A model generated the notes under the pieces. The model saw nothing but the letters and a program-made list of their open reading frames with translations, ran no database searches and was not told the origin of the DNA. The position numbers and the translations under genes were made by a program. Shown one piece after another: positions 30,645-41,316 of a DNA stretch of 64,000 nt. Numbering within the stretch: the stretch's first letter is position 1; each line of letters opens with the position of its first letter. The DNA is from an uncultured bacterium. GTDB lineage: Bacteria > Verrucomicrobiota > Verrucomicrobiia > Limisphaerales > UBA8199. Where the stretch lies: the NCBI GenBank assembly GCA_963749495.1, contig CAVVMW010000012.1, forward strand, positions 32,001 to 96,000. Reading direction: 5' to 3'.

Positions 30645-31424
30645 ATGAACACCGCCGAGATCCCCAACCAGACCCTCAACGAGGCCTATCATGCCATCGC
30701 CGAACGACGGGAGGTAAACCCGGCTGCGTTGGATCGCCAGACGGTTGACAAGGCCGAGTTCATGGCTGCCCTGGCCTACGTGCTCGGCATCCCGCTCGTC
30801 GAACCGGCAGACTTGGCCGAGGGGCTGCTCGCCGAGTGCGGCAAGCTCACGGCTGAACTTGAGACTGCCGCCTTGATGGAATACAAATTCGTCCCCCTGG
30901 CCCGCCGCGGGGAAACTCTCGTCGTTATCAGCAGCTGCCCCTGGGACCCTATCACGACCGAAGTGCTGTTGGGCTACTTTCAGCAGTGTTCCCTGATCAA
31001 GTTTGCCCTCGCCAGCCCGCAATGCTTGCAGGCTTTGTTCGACCATCTGAAGCAGGCCGAGGCCAAGAATCAGGAGCCCGCGGCAGCCGGGTATGTGCCC
31101 AAGCCGCTGCTCGCCAAGGGGATGATTTCACAATCGCCAGGCGCCGCTCCTGCATCCGCCGTTGCGCCGGCATCGCGAATCGAGGAACGGACGCCCTCCG
31201 TTGTCATGCCGCCGGGAACAAGGCCGCCTGTTGCCGCCAAGATTCCCGCTTCCAAAGGGCCCGCCGCGACAGCTCCGGCGGCTGTCGCGACAGGGATCGG
31301 GAGCCCCGCGCAGCCAGCGGGCGGGGCACCGATGCTGACGCAGGAAGACATCGCGCATCTGATCAATGTCCTTGCCCTTGAAATCCAGCGGCTGCTGCAA
31401 CAAAAGACGCGCCGGTCGCTATAA
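30645..31424 (+). CDS. Stand-alone GspE/PilB N-terminal domain protein with Pro/Ala-rich tail
   Basis: ALAYVLGIPLV...YKFVPLARRGETLVVISSCPWD...IKFALASP; no ATPase domain. Confidence 0.75.
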   Translation: MNTAEIPNQTLNEAYHAIAERREVNPAALDRQTVDKAEFMAALAYVLGIPLVEPADLAEGLLAECGKLTAELETAALMEYKFVPLARRGETLVVISSCPWDPITTEVLLGYFQQCSLIKFALASPQCLQALFDHLKQAEAKNQEPAAAGYVPKPLLAKGMISQSPGAAPASAVAPASRIEERTPSVVMPPGTRPPVAAKIPASKGPAATAPAAVATGIGSPAQPAGGAPMLTQEDIAHLINVLALEIQRLLQQKTRRSL

Positions 31425-31427
31425 TGG
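31418..31427 (+). promoter_or_regulatory. GCTATAATGG -10 box, 4 nt before the second pilT ATG
   Basis: Copy of the recurring motif. Confidence 0.6.
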
Positions 31428-31431
31428 AACA

Positions 31432-32526
31432 ATGGCAGAACCGAACCGTCTTCAAACTCCCGAGCAGCTTGCCGCCGTGCTCAACCAACTGCTCGAGCAC
31501 AAGGTCAGCGATATCTATATTTGCGCTGGGCAAACCATCCACGTGCGGACCAACGGGGAGGTGCGCTCGACCTCGATCACCGCGCCGGAGGAAGGCGTGC
31601 TTGTCGCGTTTCTCAATCAGGCCGGCGACACAGCCATCAAAGGCGCCATCACCAGCGTGGAGACCTGCCCGGAAGGGTCCGTGGACGGCGCCGTCACTTG
31701 CGATGGGCGCCGGTACCGTTTCAACCTCTATCGGGCGCTGGATGCGCAAACGCTGCGCCAGACGGCGCGGATTTCGCTGCGCCCACTGAGCGACCACATC
31801 CCTGCCCCCGAGGAAATCCAGCTGGATCTGCGCACCGTGCAGACGATTGAGGCCTTCCGGCAGGGGTTGGTATTGGTCTGCGGCAAGACGGGCCAGGGCA
31901 AATCAACCACGCTGGCTTCGCTGCTCCAGCACCGGGCCGCCACGTTTGCCGAACACCTCATCACCCTGGAACAGCCGGTCGAATACGTCCTGCGCAGCGA
32001 ACGCTCCGTCATTTCGCAACGCGAGGTGGGCATTTCGGTGAGCACGTTCGCCTACGGCTTACGGGCGGCGCTGCGCCAGAACCCCGATTCCATCCTGGTC
32101 GGAGAAATACGCGATTACGAAACCGCCGACATTGCTCTGAGAGCCTCGGAATCCGGGCACGTCGTCTTTGGCACGTTGCACACCGCCAATGCCGCCCAAT
32201 CCATCGAGCGCCTGGTCAACATGTTTCCGGCCGCGGAGCAGATGAGCGCCTGGAACGTCCTGTCCACGACCCTCAAGGCCGTCATCTGCCAGGTCCTGGT
32301 CAACGCCCGCGAAGGGGGGCGCCTGGCGGCGCGGGAGATTCTGCTCACCAGCGACGGCGTCGCCTCCTACATCGGGCAAAAGGACCTGCAAGGCGTGCGC
32401 CGGGCCATCGAGTCCGGCTACAACCAGTTTGGCATGCAGAACTGGCAGAAGGCCGCTGAGCTTCTGTACCGGCAAGGCATGATCGACGACGACGCCCGAA
32501 AACAGATTATCGCGATGGGGAGCTGA
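31432..32526 (+). CDS. pilT: PilT-family retraction ATPase (copy 2)
   Basis: SDIYI, GKTGQGKSTT, TLEQPVE, QREVG, ALRQNPDSILVGEIRD, SESGHVVFGTLH, GMQ. Confidence 0.92.
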   Translation: MAEPNRLQTPEQLAAVLNQLLEHKVSDIYICAGQTIHVRTNGEVRSTSITAPEEGVLVAFLNQAGDTAIKGAITSVETCPEGSVDGAVTCDGRRYRFNLYRALDAQTLRQTARISLRPLSDHIPAPEEIQLDLRTVQTIEAFRQGLVLVCGKTGQGKSTTLASLLQHRAATFAEHLITLEQPVEYVLRSERSVISQREVGISVSTFAYGLRAALRQNPDSILVGEIRDYETADIALRASESGHVVFGTLHTANAAQSIERLVNMFPAAEQMSAWNVLSTTLKAVICQVLVNAREGGRLAAREILLTSDGVASYIGQKDLQGVRRAIESGYNQFGMQNWQKAAELLYRQGMIDDDARKQIIAMGS

Positions 32527-32531
32527 CCGTC

Positions 32532-33483
32532 ATGATCAACAGCATTCTCGACATCCTGTCCTTCAAAGCCTTCATCGCCCGGAGCGACGATCCCGCGATC
32601 CATTTCAGCCGGAAGGTGGGCAGCGAGGAGTTCATTCTGGCCATCCTCGGGCATCAGCACATCAAGTACGCCAAGGCCCGCCTCAAGAACAGGAAACTGC
32701 ACCTGGGCAAACCCACAACCGCCTTCTGCGAGAGTTTTCAGAAAGCCGAAATAGACGCCCCCTGGGCCGCTGAGATGATGGGCGAGGCAGCCGGCACCAA
32801 ACGCCTGCTGCTGGGGCTGAACATCCTCTTCTCCAACATCAAGGTCTATCCGGCCGAGCAGAAGCTCAAAGAGACAGAACGGGCGATCACCACGAACCTG
32901 GAAGAAGAAGTCGGCAAGACCTACGAACGGCAGGCCCGGTATTTCCTGTCCCAAGCCGGCCAGCAAATCTGCCTCAACGGGGTCGAGAAAGAGCAAATCA
33001 CCAGGCCCGTCGAGAAGTTCCGGCGGTGGGGGTTCGAACGTCGTGGGCGCATTCCACTATCCCACGGCGATCATGGCGCAGGTTTCCACCATGCCGCTGG
33101 ATTGGGAGAATCCCGGCATGCTCGTGTATTATTCGCAGAAGCTCATGTTCTTTCTGGGATGGAACAGGGGAGAGATCCTGACATTGCGCAGCCGGCTCAT
33201 CGCCGAAAGCCAGCGCGGCGGCACCGGGGCCCGGCCGACGCTCAATGCCCTGAGCAAGGAAATTGACACCACCGTGCAAATCGTTTCGGGCAAAGCCAAC
33301 AACGTCGAGGTCGCCAACGTCTACGTCCACCACGACCACCAGGACCCGGCTTTTGCCGCAGTGGAAATCGTGCAGAAAAACGCCAAGGCCTTGACCTGGC
33401 AGGCCGACGCCATTGTCAGCCAGGTGCAGCCCTATCCCGACCCCAACCTCGGAATCGCCTGCGAAATCTGCAGCGCGCCCTGA
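32532..33483 (+). CDS. Divergent PilM-like protein (frameshift in a G run near 33030)
   Basis: ILAILGHQHIKYA, KEQITRPVEKFRRWG..VVG...PTAI, LSKEIDTTVQ...VANVYV and PNLGIAC follow the PilM pattern; precedes PilN/O/P-like genes. Confidence 0.55.
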
Positions 33484-33486
33484 ACC

Positions 33487-34073
33487 ATGAATTCCCGCCA
33501 CCTCAAACTGCCCGTTATCATCAACCTGCAGCCCGGCCCGAGGCCGCCATCCTCAGGCTGCCGGACTGGATGAAATACCTGTTCCTCCTGCTCTATGCCT
33601 GCACTCTGTTTGGAATGGGTCTGCTGCTGAAGGAAGGCTACGGGTTTTTCAAACTTTATCAACTGAAGGTGCAGGCCCTGCGTGCGGCCGAGCAGGCCAC
33701 GCGGGATATCGCCGTCTTAAACCAGAAACTGGTGGAAAACCGGCGCACCCAGACCAGCTACGAGCTGTTCAAATACCGCCAGCGCGGGATCGCTCGCCCG
33801 GGCCCGCTGCTGGATTGGTTGCCGACGCTGGTGGGCCGCGCGCAGCGCGCGCATTTCATCAGCCTTCAGCAAGCCAACGACAAGGTGAACGTGCGCATCA
33901 CACTCGAGAAGGCCATCGCCAACGGCGTCATCCAGAACCCCGCGGCACCGCCCGATTACCAGATCGTTCAATCGGGAGAGGAAACCCCCAAATACCAGGA
34001 ACTGCCCGCCAACCAAAGGCCCAATCCCAAGAACGAGTATGCGGCCTTCGCGGTGCAGCTCAAGAAACAATAG
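33487..34073 (+). CDS. PilN-like protein (frameshift near 33540)
   Basis: N-terminal INLQP (compare PilN INLLP), TM helix, coiled coil, LLDWLPTLV. Confidence 0.6.
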
Positions 34074-34077
34074 CGCC

Positions 34078-34594
34078 ATGCAATCCAACGCCGTTCGGGC
34101 TCAACTTGCGGCCGTCGCCGCCATTTTGTTTCTGGCCGTGGTCGCCGTGGCACCCTGGGTCGCCGGCTCGCACGTCTTGAAACCTGTCTCGCTGAAATGG
34201 AACTGGATTATCAAACACAAGGACGAACTGCTTGCCGAAAAGGCCGGGCTGGATGCCAAACTCAAGGACTTCCAGAACATGGAAGAAAAGCGGAAAGCCA
34301 ATGCGCTCTTCCAAAAGAACATTGAACAGAGCGGGTTGGACTCGATGCAGGGCTTCATCAACAACGGCAAGTATGCGGTCTACAGCTTCCGCACGCTGCA
34401 GCTGGATTCCAAGGAGACCAGTTTCAGCTTCGTGGCCCAGTACAACGCCCTGGGGCTGCTGCTCACGGACATGTGGAACACATTCCAATTCATCGAAATG
34501 AGACTCGCTGGTCATGAAACCCAGTCCCAACAAACCGGAGGAGGACGTGGTCGCCACGCTGACAGTCCGATTACCTCAAGGGCAAAACCGATGA
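34078..34594 (+). CDS. PilO-like protein (frameshift near 34500)
   Basis: TM helix, coiled coil, FVAQYNALGLLLTDM, then DSLVMKP...VVATLTV* in the shifted frame; its TGA overlaps the next ATG. Confidence 0.6.
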
Positions 34595-35445
34595 AACGCT
34601 GGCTTTGCATGACCCTCGCGTCGCTGCTCCCGTACGGACTGCTCTCCGCGCAAAGCCCCAGGAACGCTGCGCCGGGCACGGGAGCCGCCGTGCCCGCCGC
34701 GATCCAAACAGCCGGCAAACCCATCCCGACTGCGGAGGGCAATCCCATACTGAAAGGGGCGGAGCTGAAGACCGAATGGGCTAACGCCCGGAACCCGTTT
34801 CGCTTCGAGGTCACTGACAGCCCTTCCTACTCCCCGGAAAGACTGGAACAAATGCAGGTCCTCGGGTACGGCAGAATGCCGGACGAGAAGGGAATCCTGC
34901 GAACCTACGCCTTTGCCACCAAGACGACGGAAGGTGCCCGGGTGGAGGGCACCAAACTGGAAGACAGGGTTACCAAGGACGTGGTTACCCTGCAGGCACT
35001 GCCCGAGAAACTCGACGAACAAACCCTGACCACCGAGGAGCAGATCGAAGAAAGTTCGATCCTCCTTGGCAACGAACAACTCTGGTTCCTGGGCGTCCTG
35101 CGGACCAACGGCCAGGCCATGGCGATCTTCCTGCCGGACAGCGCGACCTACCCCATCCAGGAGGAGGACCTGCGCCCTTTCGAGATCCAGGATTCACTCA
35201 AGGAAGTGCACGTGCGCACCACCAAAGCCGGCGAGAGAATCAGCACCGCGGACAGCGCCCTGGGAGCCTTTTCACGCCGCAAGCCCAAGAACACGCCGGC
35301 CAGACCCGCCCCAACAGGACCCGTGCCGCCAACCAAGCCGCCGCTGCCAGATCCAAAGGCCAAGGGAAAGGTCCCCAACCACGCCAACCCTGATCCCAGG
35401 GGGAGCAGGGCCACACCGTCACCGGCAGCACCCCACGACAGATGA
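34591..35445 (+). CDS. Exported PilP-like protein
   Basis: Signal peptide, disordered linker, RNPF motif, then LEQMQVLG; may extend to 35617 through a further frameshift. Confidence 0.55.
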   Translation: MKRWLCMTLASLLPYGLLSAQSPRNAAPGTGAAVPAAIQTAGKPIPTAEGNPILKGAELKTEWANARNPFRFEVTDSPSYSPERLEQMQVLGYGRMPDEKGILRTYAFATKTTEGARVEGTKLEDRVTKDVVTLQALPEKLDEQTLTTEEQIEESSILLGNEQLWFLGVLRTNGQAMAIFLPDSATYPIQEEDLRPFEIQDSLKEVHVRTTKAGERISTADSALGAFSRRKPKNTPARPAPTGPVPPTKPPLPDPKAKGKVPNHANPDPRGSRATPSPAAPHDR

Positions 35446-35624
35446 CGGCCAGGCCGCTGGCCCGCTGGTTTACAAACAGCAGTCTGGAGAGGAAGACGAG
35501 TGGAGGAATCTTTGGGCCTGCACTGCCCAGAAGCCCTTCGGATCCAGGTTCCTTGAACCGGAGCGCACCCGTGCGGATCCCATCATCGCCCCCCAACAAG
35601 CAGTCAATCCCCAGTAGCGTGTGC

Positions 35625-35647
35625 GCGGGGCGCTTATCGCGCCCCGC
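35625..35647. terminator. GC-rich hairpin at the end of the pil operon
   Basis: GCGGGGCGC-ttatc-GCGCCCCGC; no clear U tract. Confidence 0.35.
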
Positions 35648-35998
35648 AGCCCTCCGTTCCATCCGCCGAATCAGCGCATCCGCCCCATCGATCCGGCGCT
35701 GACTCGCCAAGCGCGCCAAAGAGAGAACGACCCTGTCGGGTGTGATGCGAGTTGGGATCCAGAGTCAGTGCCGTCCCAGCGGAAATCGCCGCGGCGATTT
35801 CAGCCACGAGGGGTCGTACGCAAAGGAGACCCCCTCGCGCCCTTTGCTGACGCACGACCAAAGCCGGCCAACCAGACAGGTCCGGCCGTCCACATCGATG
35901 CCGGGAGTAAGGGCGAAGCTAGACCTGTACAAAGCGACCATAGACCACTATAAGACCGTAACACCCTCCGGCGCCGGCGGCGCACGATGGAGGGCGGC

Positions 35999-36328
35999 AT
36001 GAACAGGTACCGACTGCTGAAGATGAACAGCCGCGGCGGCCACTACTACGCGGAGGAGATCGAGACCTGCCTGCGGAGGTCGCTGAGGGCGGCCGACCGC
36101 GAGGAGGCCGAGAAGCTCCTCCACGCCCTCAACGAATCCCACCGCAACCCGCACCTCAACCAGCGCATGGCGCAGACTTACCTGGTCGGGAGCGACTCGG
36201 CGGCCTTGTCGGCGCCGAACAAGGGAAAAGCTGGCCACGACCAGCCCGAAAAGATGCCCAGTCCGGCTTTGCGCAGCTTGGGCGTACGGGTTCAACGCCT
36301 GCGTGGCGCTCAGCATCATGAATGGTAG
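35999..36328 (+). pseudogene. Truncated N-terminus of a tyrosine recombinase/integrase
   Basis: MNRYRL...GGHYYA...SLRAADREEAEKLLHALNE..RNPHLNQRMAQTYLVGSD resembles verrucomicrobial integrase N-domains; the resemblance stops near 36200 and no catalytic domain follows. Confidence 0.6.
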
Positions 36329-36656
36329 CGTCCGCCCGACCACCAACCACCAGGCCAACCAGACGGCCTCTCGGCTCGACGCGGAGGAGCGTCGCGCCCT
36401 CCGGCGGTGCGGCACCATTCTTCTCTGTCCACAGGGCCGCGCTGTGGTCCAGCCCATTCGACACTGACAGGACGGGATCCAGGGGTCGGACCCGAACTCT
36501 TATCCGAATTCGTCAGCGGGCGACACACCCGCTCTGTCCCACCGGGCCGGCCCTGCTTTCCCCCTCCCCTCGCAAACAACGGTCAACAGCCCTGGAAACC
36601 GGCCCGATGCGCTGGTACGGAATTTAAAAAAACCTCGACCAGCGGCCAAAATTGGC

Positions 36657-36684
36657 TTGACTCCGGTGTGGACTCTTTTATGAT
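36657..36684 (+). promoter_or_regulatory. Sigma70-type promoter TTGACT-16 nt-TATGAT
   Basis: Good -35 and -10 matches about 260 nt upstream of 36945. Confidence 0.45.
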
Positions 36685-36944
36685 GACTATCGTTGGAAGC
36701 CTGCATATCGTCCTCGCGAACGAATTGTGTCGGTTACAGCTGGGCCAATGGGCACTACTCGACAGGCAGGCTTGTTGCCAGCCGGGAGCAAAGCGTACGA
36801 AGTTCGAACCTTAGATTCCGGAGCCCGACAACTGTACCCACCAGCGGCGCAAGTCTCCTGCACGCAAGGGGAAACGTGTCGCCAGGAGTTTTGGCCTTGT
36901 TTCGATAGGCTCACAACGGGGTAAAACACAACAGACGTCAAAAC

Positions 36945-38342
36945 ATGAAAGGCAACTCTTCGCACGCAACAACAACCAAGACCGTCCTGCTGATCGGATG
37001 GTACTTTTATGCACTCACCGGCTTGCTTGCGGCACCCGCCCAGGAAGGGGAAAAATCGGCACCCCCAGCCGACAAGGAGGTGACAAAACCGCAGAACCTC
37101 TTTCCTCAGGCGGAGGAAGTCTCGGGTAGCCGCCTGACTCAAAAGCGAGACGAGTACCTTAAAGAGCGCAAGTGGGTTCTCTATTATTCACGCTCCAACC
37201 CCAACTCGGCCTACATCGGCTGGGGAGAAGCAACCATCCAGGCAAAACCAAACGACCTGAAATTCGGCCAGTCCCGCGTCCTCGCCTATGAAACGGCCCT
37301 GATGGAGGCCAAAGGAGAGTTCGTCCGGTTCCAACAGCGCCAGGTGACGACCGAGACCATCCGCAAACTGTTCCAGGACTCCGGGGACATCACCGAGGAA
37401 GAAGCCGCCAAAGAGGTCAGCCGACTCAAGGTCATCTGGGAGAAAATCCTGGCGCTCACCGAAGCCCAACTCGACGCGGCCCTCGAGAAAGCAGGAGTTG
37501 ATCCGGCCCAGTTCCGGAGCAAGCCGCCGGAAATGAGGCGCAAGCTGCTCCAGGATTCCATCAACCGGAGCATCCAAGTTCACGCGCTGGCATCCGTGGC
37601 CGGCATCCGCACCCTTGCCACTTTCGAAGACCTCAACGCGGTCGGAGTGTTGATCGTCTATTCGGACAACCAGCGCGAGATCGCCCGAAGCATGTTCACC
37701 GGCCAGCCTGTCGCGCAGTCGGATTCCGCAAAGCAAAAGGAGGATATCCTGAAACAGATTGAGGCAACCTGCCCAAGGGGAGCCAAAGATCTTGCTGACG
37801 TTTTCGGCGTCCGCGTCATGACGGACGATAACGGCGACCGCGTACTGGTCGCTTTCGGCCAGTGGTCACCGGCGGTCACCCAGGCGGACAGCCGCTTTCG
37901 CCGGGACACCGCGATCAAAGCCGGTCGTACCCAAGCCGAAAACCTGGCGGATGGCGCGCTGACCGACTTCGTCAACAGCACGCTTGCCCTGGAATCGGAC
38001 AGTTCTATCTGGCAGAACGCGGAGCTCAACCGGATCATCAGCCCGAAAGCAACCGAGGAGGTGGAGTCCCTCACGATCGGCGAGGTCCTCAACACAGTGC
38101 TCAAACAGCACGGCAGAGCTACCCTCCAAGGCGTTACCACGCTCAAGCAGTGGACCGCCAATCATCCTGAGACCGGGCACTTGCTGGTGGGCCACATCGT
38201 GATGTGGAGCCCCAGCTCGCGAGATGCGGCTATCCACGGACTGAGCAATCGAGCACCTTCAAAACCCGGAACAGGCCAACCACGCGCATATGAGAACAAA
38301 GTTCGAACCAGCCCTGATTTCGACAAGGATGTTGACTTCTAA
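36945..38342 (+). CDS. Exported hypothetical protein paired with a CsgG-like gene
   Basis: 465-aa ORF with signal peptide; overlaps the start of the next gene. Confidence 0.8.
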   Translation: MKGNSSHATTTKTVLLIGWYFYALTGLLAAPAQEGEKSAPPADKEVTKPQNLFPQAEEVSGSRLTQKRDEYLKERKWVLYYSRSNPNSAYIGWGEATIQAKPNDLKFGQSRVLAYETALMEAKGEFVRFQQRQVTTETIRKLFQDSGDITEEEAAKEVSRLKVIWEKILALTEAQLDAALEKAGVDPAQFRSKPPEMRRKLLQDSINRSIQVHALASVAGIRTLATFEDLNAVGVLIVYSDNQREIARSMFTGQPVAQSDSAKQKEDILKQIEATCPRGAKDLADVFGVRVMTDDNGDRVLVAFGQWSPAVTQADSRFRRDTAIKAGRTQAENLADGALTDFVNSTLALESDSSIWQNAELNRIISPKATEEVESLTIGEVLNTVLKQHGRATLQGVTTLKQWTANHPETGHLLVGHIVMWSPSSRDAAIHGLSNRAPSKPGTGQPRAYENKVRTSPDFDKDVDF

Positions 38343-40058
38343 GGTACCCTGGCTCATCCTCGTCATCCTGACCGCAGGTGTCCCATCTTCGCCGTGCTCC
38401 GGGGCTCGATCGAGTTGATCGCCCGCGAATCCACCGGCTACGGCGACTCTCAGAATGAGGCCATCGTGGGGGCACTAGTTGAGGCCGTTCGACAAACCAG
38501 CGGAATAACCGTGGAAACCGAGAAAAGCCTGCGCACGACCCTGGTGGATACCGGTTCGGATCAGAGAATCGCAAGCGAGCTCAAAGACCAAATCCGGTCG
38601 CGGAGCAACGGCCAGATTTACAGTTACGACGTCATCAGCCTAACCAACCAGGACCAACGGTGGATTGCCGGGCTCACGGTAACCCTGCCACGCTACCGGT
38701 CACCTCCGCAGGACCATCCCACACTCGCAAGCGTCGCGGTATTACCGTTCAGGGCGAACAGCCAAGCAGGCGCCGAATTGGTACGCCCTTGGGAACAAAA
38801 GCTGGTGACCTGCTTGGTCCAAGCACGCCGGTTCCAGGTGGTGGACCGCAACTACACGGCCGAGCTCGACCGTGAAGACGCCCGCTTGCGACAGGGTGAC
38901 ACGCCAGTCACAGAGCTTGCACGACTCGGCCAGCAACTGGGTGCCGACTACGCGGTCGTCGGGGAGATCACCCGGTTCGATCTGAAGCACCGAGCGGGCT
39001 CAGCCCTGCTGGAAGAGGTTTCCCTCAACATCGATTTTCGCATAGTCGAATCCGCCACCCGACAGGTGCGGGGGGCCAATACAGCCAGCGTGAGCTTCAC
39101 CTCCGACATGCTGGGCCAACTCGGCCTCTCGGGCGACCAGCGCCAAGCCCAGGAACACCTGCTGAACAGCTTGGCTTTTTGGGTCGTTACCGACCTCATC
39201 GAGGTGGTCCACCCGGTCAAGCCCGGAACCGTTTCCATGAGGGTGTCCCCCGTCGCCGAGTATGCGCTCTACGTCAACGGGATGCGGGTGACCGGGACGG
39301 ACAATGATTTCGCGCTCCCGGCAGAGCGCGATCTCACCCTCCAGGTGATCGCCAGCAACTACGAGATCACCCAGCGGAAATTGCGGCTGGAAGCGGGCGG
39401 AAATCAGGTTTGCGAGGCAAGGCTGAGCGCGGGTCCCGGGATGGTCCTGGAAGACGCAAGAAAGCAGATCAACCCAACGGGCTATGCTTCCTTGAATGGC
39501 AAGAGCTACCTGTCGTTTGGGCTTCTCGGGCTTGGCAAGAAGGTGGCCGAGGGAGGAACGGTAAAGGTGAATTGTCAAGGGTGCGAATACCAAGTAGAGG
39601 TTGCGGCCATCGATCTTTCGCAGGGGTGGTACAAGCTGAAGTACAAAGGGCTATCAGTCACCAAGAGGCTACAGACGATGGATTCCTTGGGCCAGGGTGC
39701 CGACAGTTCGCCGGTACTCCTTGTGCAACAACCGTCTCGCGGCCTGGTGACTCCATCATTGACGTGGTCCAAAACCGCCGAAGTCGCCTGGAAGCAACCG
39801 CCGCAGGCCCTCAGCCGGCCGATGCCAGCAATCTCGACACCAACGCAACCGAGCGTGAGTCCGGGCCAACCAAAGGCGAATCAGCCGAAGCAGAACATCC
39901 TCCGCAGAGTGCTCGACAACGTTGCCCAGCCGCCGTCACAGCCGAAGGGAAATCAAGCACAACCCGGCACGACTCCTTCCCAACCGAAGGCAACTCCATC
40001 GCAACCAGCCCCGAACTCGTCAAGCAAGGGTTCGGCAAAACCAAGCAACCAGCGTTAG
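38329..40058 (+). CDS. CsgG/HfaB-family exported protein with PEGA-like domain and Pro/Gln-rich tail (frameshift near 38395)
   Basis: TGYGDSQNEAI..ALVEAVRQ, VAVLPF, LVQARRFQVVDR, LGQQLGADYAVVGEI, IDFRIVESATRQV; signal peptide in the frame from ATG 38329. Confidence 0.75.
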
Positions 40059-40187
40059 TCCTCAATTCGCCGGGGTCGCCCTACTCGAAATTCCGCAAGC
40101 GAGGGGACTTTGTCAACGGCGGACAAGCCTGTGTCCTCCACCGGGTCCGCTGGGCCGCCGGGCATCTGATCGTAAGAGAGGAACAAC

Positions 40188-40895
40188 ATGGACTCGTACA
40201 AAGCCGCACATGCAGAGCTCAAGACTTTCTTCGCCGACGCGGACCTGCCCGACGAGGAGGGCAAGAGGCTCTGCATCGCGACCATCGATGGATTCCACGA
40301 GCTGTTCCACCAGCTAGTGAAGGAGCTGGGGATCCGGGACGAATGGCCCGAGCAACTCTGCGAGATCCTCCCGCTATGCATAGGGACGGTCGAGCGCTCC
40401 GGCAAGATGGGGGTGCAGTTCACCATGGCCATCGGCGCCGAGAGCTGGCGCATCGGGGCACACCTGCGGAGCTCGGAGCACCTGCGTCACATGACCGACA
40501 AGTTCTGGGGCCACATCGTGAAGCTGGCCTCGCTCGGGAAGGTGTCCTGCCCCGCCGCATGCGCCCCCACCAAGACCCCGGAGGCCAAGAAACTGGCCCA
40601 GCACCAGATCAGCCTAGTGTTCTCGCTGGCTCGCGATTACGTCCTGATCGAGCAAGAGCCCAAGGACCCAGGTTCCCTCTCGTGCCATTCGGTCGGCGGC
40701 ATCGAGGTCGAGCTCCCGCTCGATGCGGATGAGGCCAAGGTCCGCCAGTTCTTCAAGGATGGACTGGAGTCTCGATACCGCGCCAATTGCCTGCTCTACC
40801 GCTCTGCCTACCTGGAGTCCAAGCGCCTGCTCAAACAGCAGGGCATAAAGGAGCCCCAGCTCTCGGCCTACCTGAAGAACCTCGCCAGGTGCTGA
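40188..40895 (+). CDS. Hypothetical protein
   Basis: 235-aa ORF with GAGG RBS and strong GC3 bias. Confidence 0.75.
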   Translation: MDSYKAAHAELKTFFADADLPDEEGKRLCIATIDGFHELFHQLVKELGIRDEWPEQLCEILPLCIGTVERSGKMGVQFTMAIGAESWRIGAHLRSSEHLRHMTDKFWGHIVKLASLGKVSCPAACAPTKTPEAKKLAQHQISLVFSLARDYVLIEQEPKDPGSLSCHSVGGIEVELPLDADEAKVRQFFKDGLESRYRANCLLYRSAYLESKRLLKQQGIKEPQLSAYLKNLARC

Positions 40896-41049
40896 GCGTG
40901 CCGCCAACTTAGCCGCGGGTGCCTACCCCACCGGCTTCGCCAGCGCACAGCACTCGGAGGATCCCCCTTGGCGGTGAAGGGCAAGCACTGGCACTGGATC
41001 GTCAGCAACCCGCCCTACTCAAAGTTCCGAGACTTAACCGCTTGCCCCC

Positions 41050-41316
41050 GTGCTGGATGACGCCATGACCCGGCTCAAACAGGCCGACCGCGACGCTTCG
41101 GCGCTTCGCTTTCTCCAGAACCAGGACTTACGCCAGGTTGGCGCAGCCATGGGCGTGAGCGAGGATACCGCGCAAAAGCGGGTTAGCCGGGCCTTGGAGA
41201 GACTCCGCAAGCTCCTGGCAGGGCGGGGCATCACCTCCGCGGCCACAATGTTGGGGGCCGTCCTCGCTGGGCAAGCGAGGTCGGCGGCCCGCCGGTCTGG
41301 CGGCGAGCATCGCTAG
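41050..41316 (+). pseudogene. Fragment of ECF sigma-70 region 4
   Basis: LDDAMTRL...DRDA.ALRFLQNQDLRQVGAAMGVSEDTAQKRVSRALERLRKLL; region 2 absent. Confidence 0.75.

Noticed and set aside
34039..35445. Apparent PilO-PilP fusion of 468 aa
   Set aside because: A one-base shift near 34500 restores a PilO C-terminus ending at 34594, and a second signal peptide starts at 34591.
36685..36945. Possible riboswitch in the long leader
   Set aside because: No match to c-di-GMP, SAM, TPP or cobalamin consensus could be recognised by eye.
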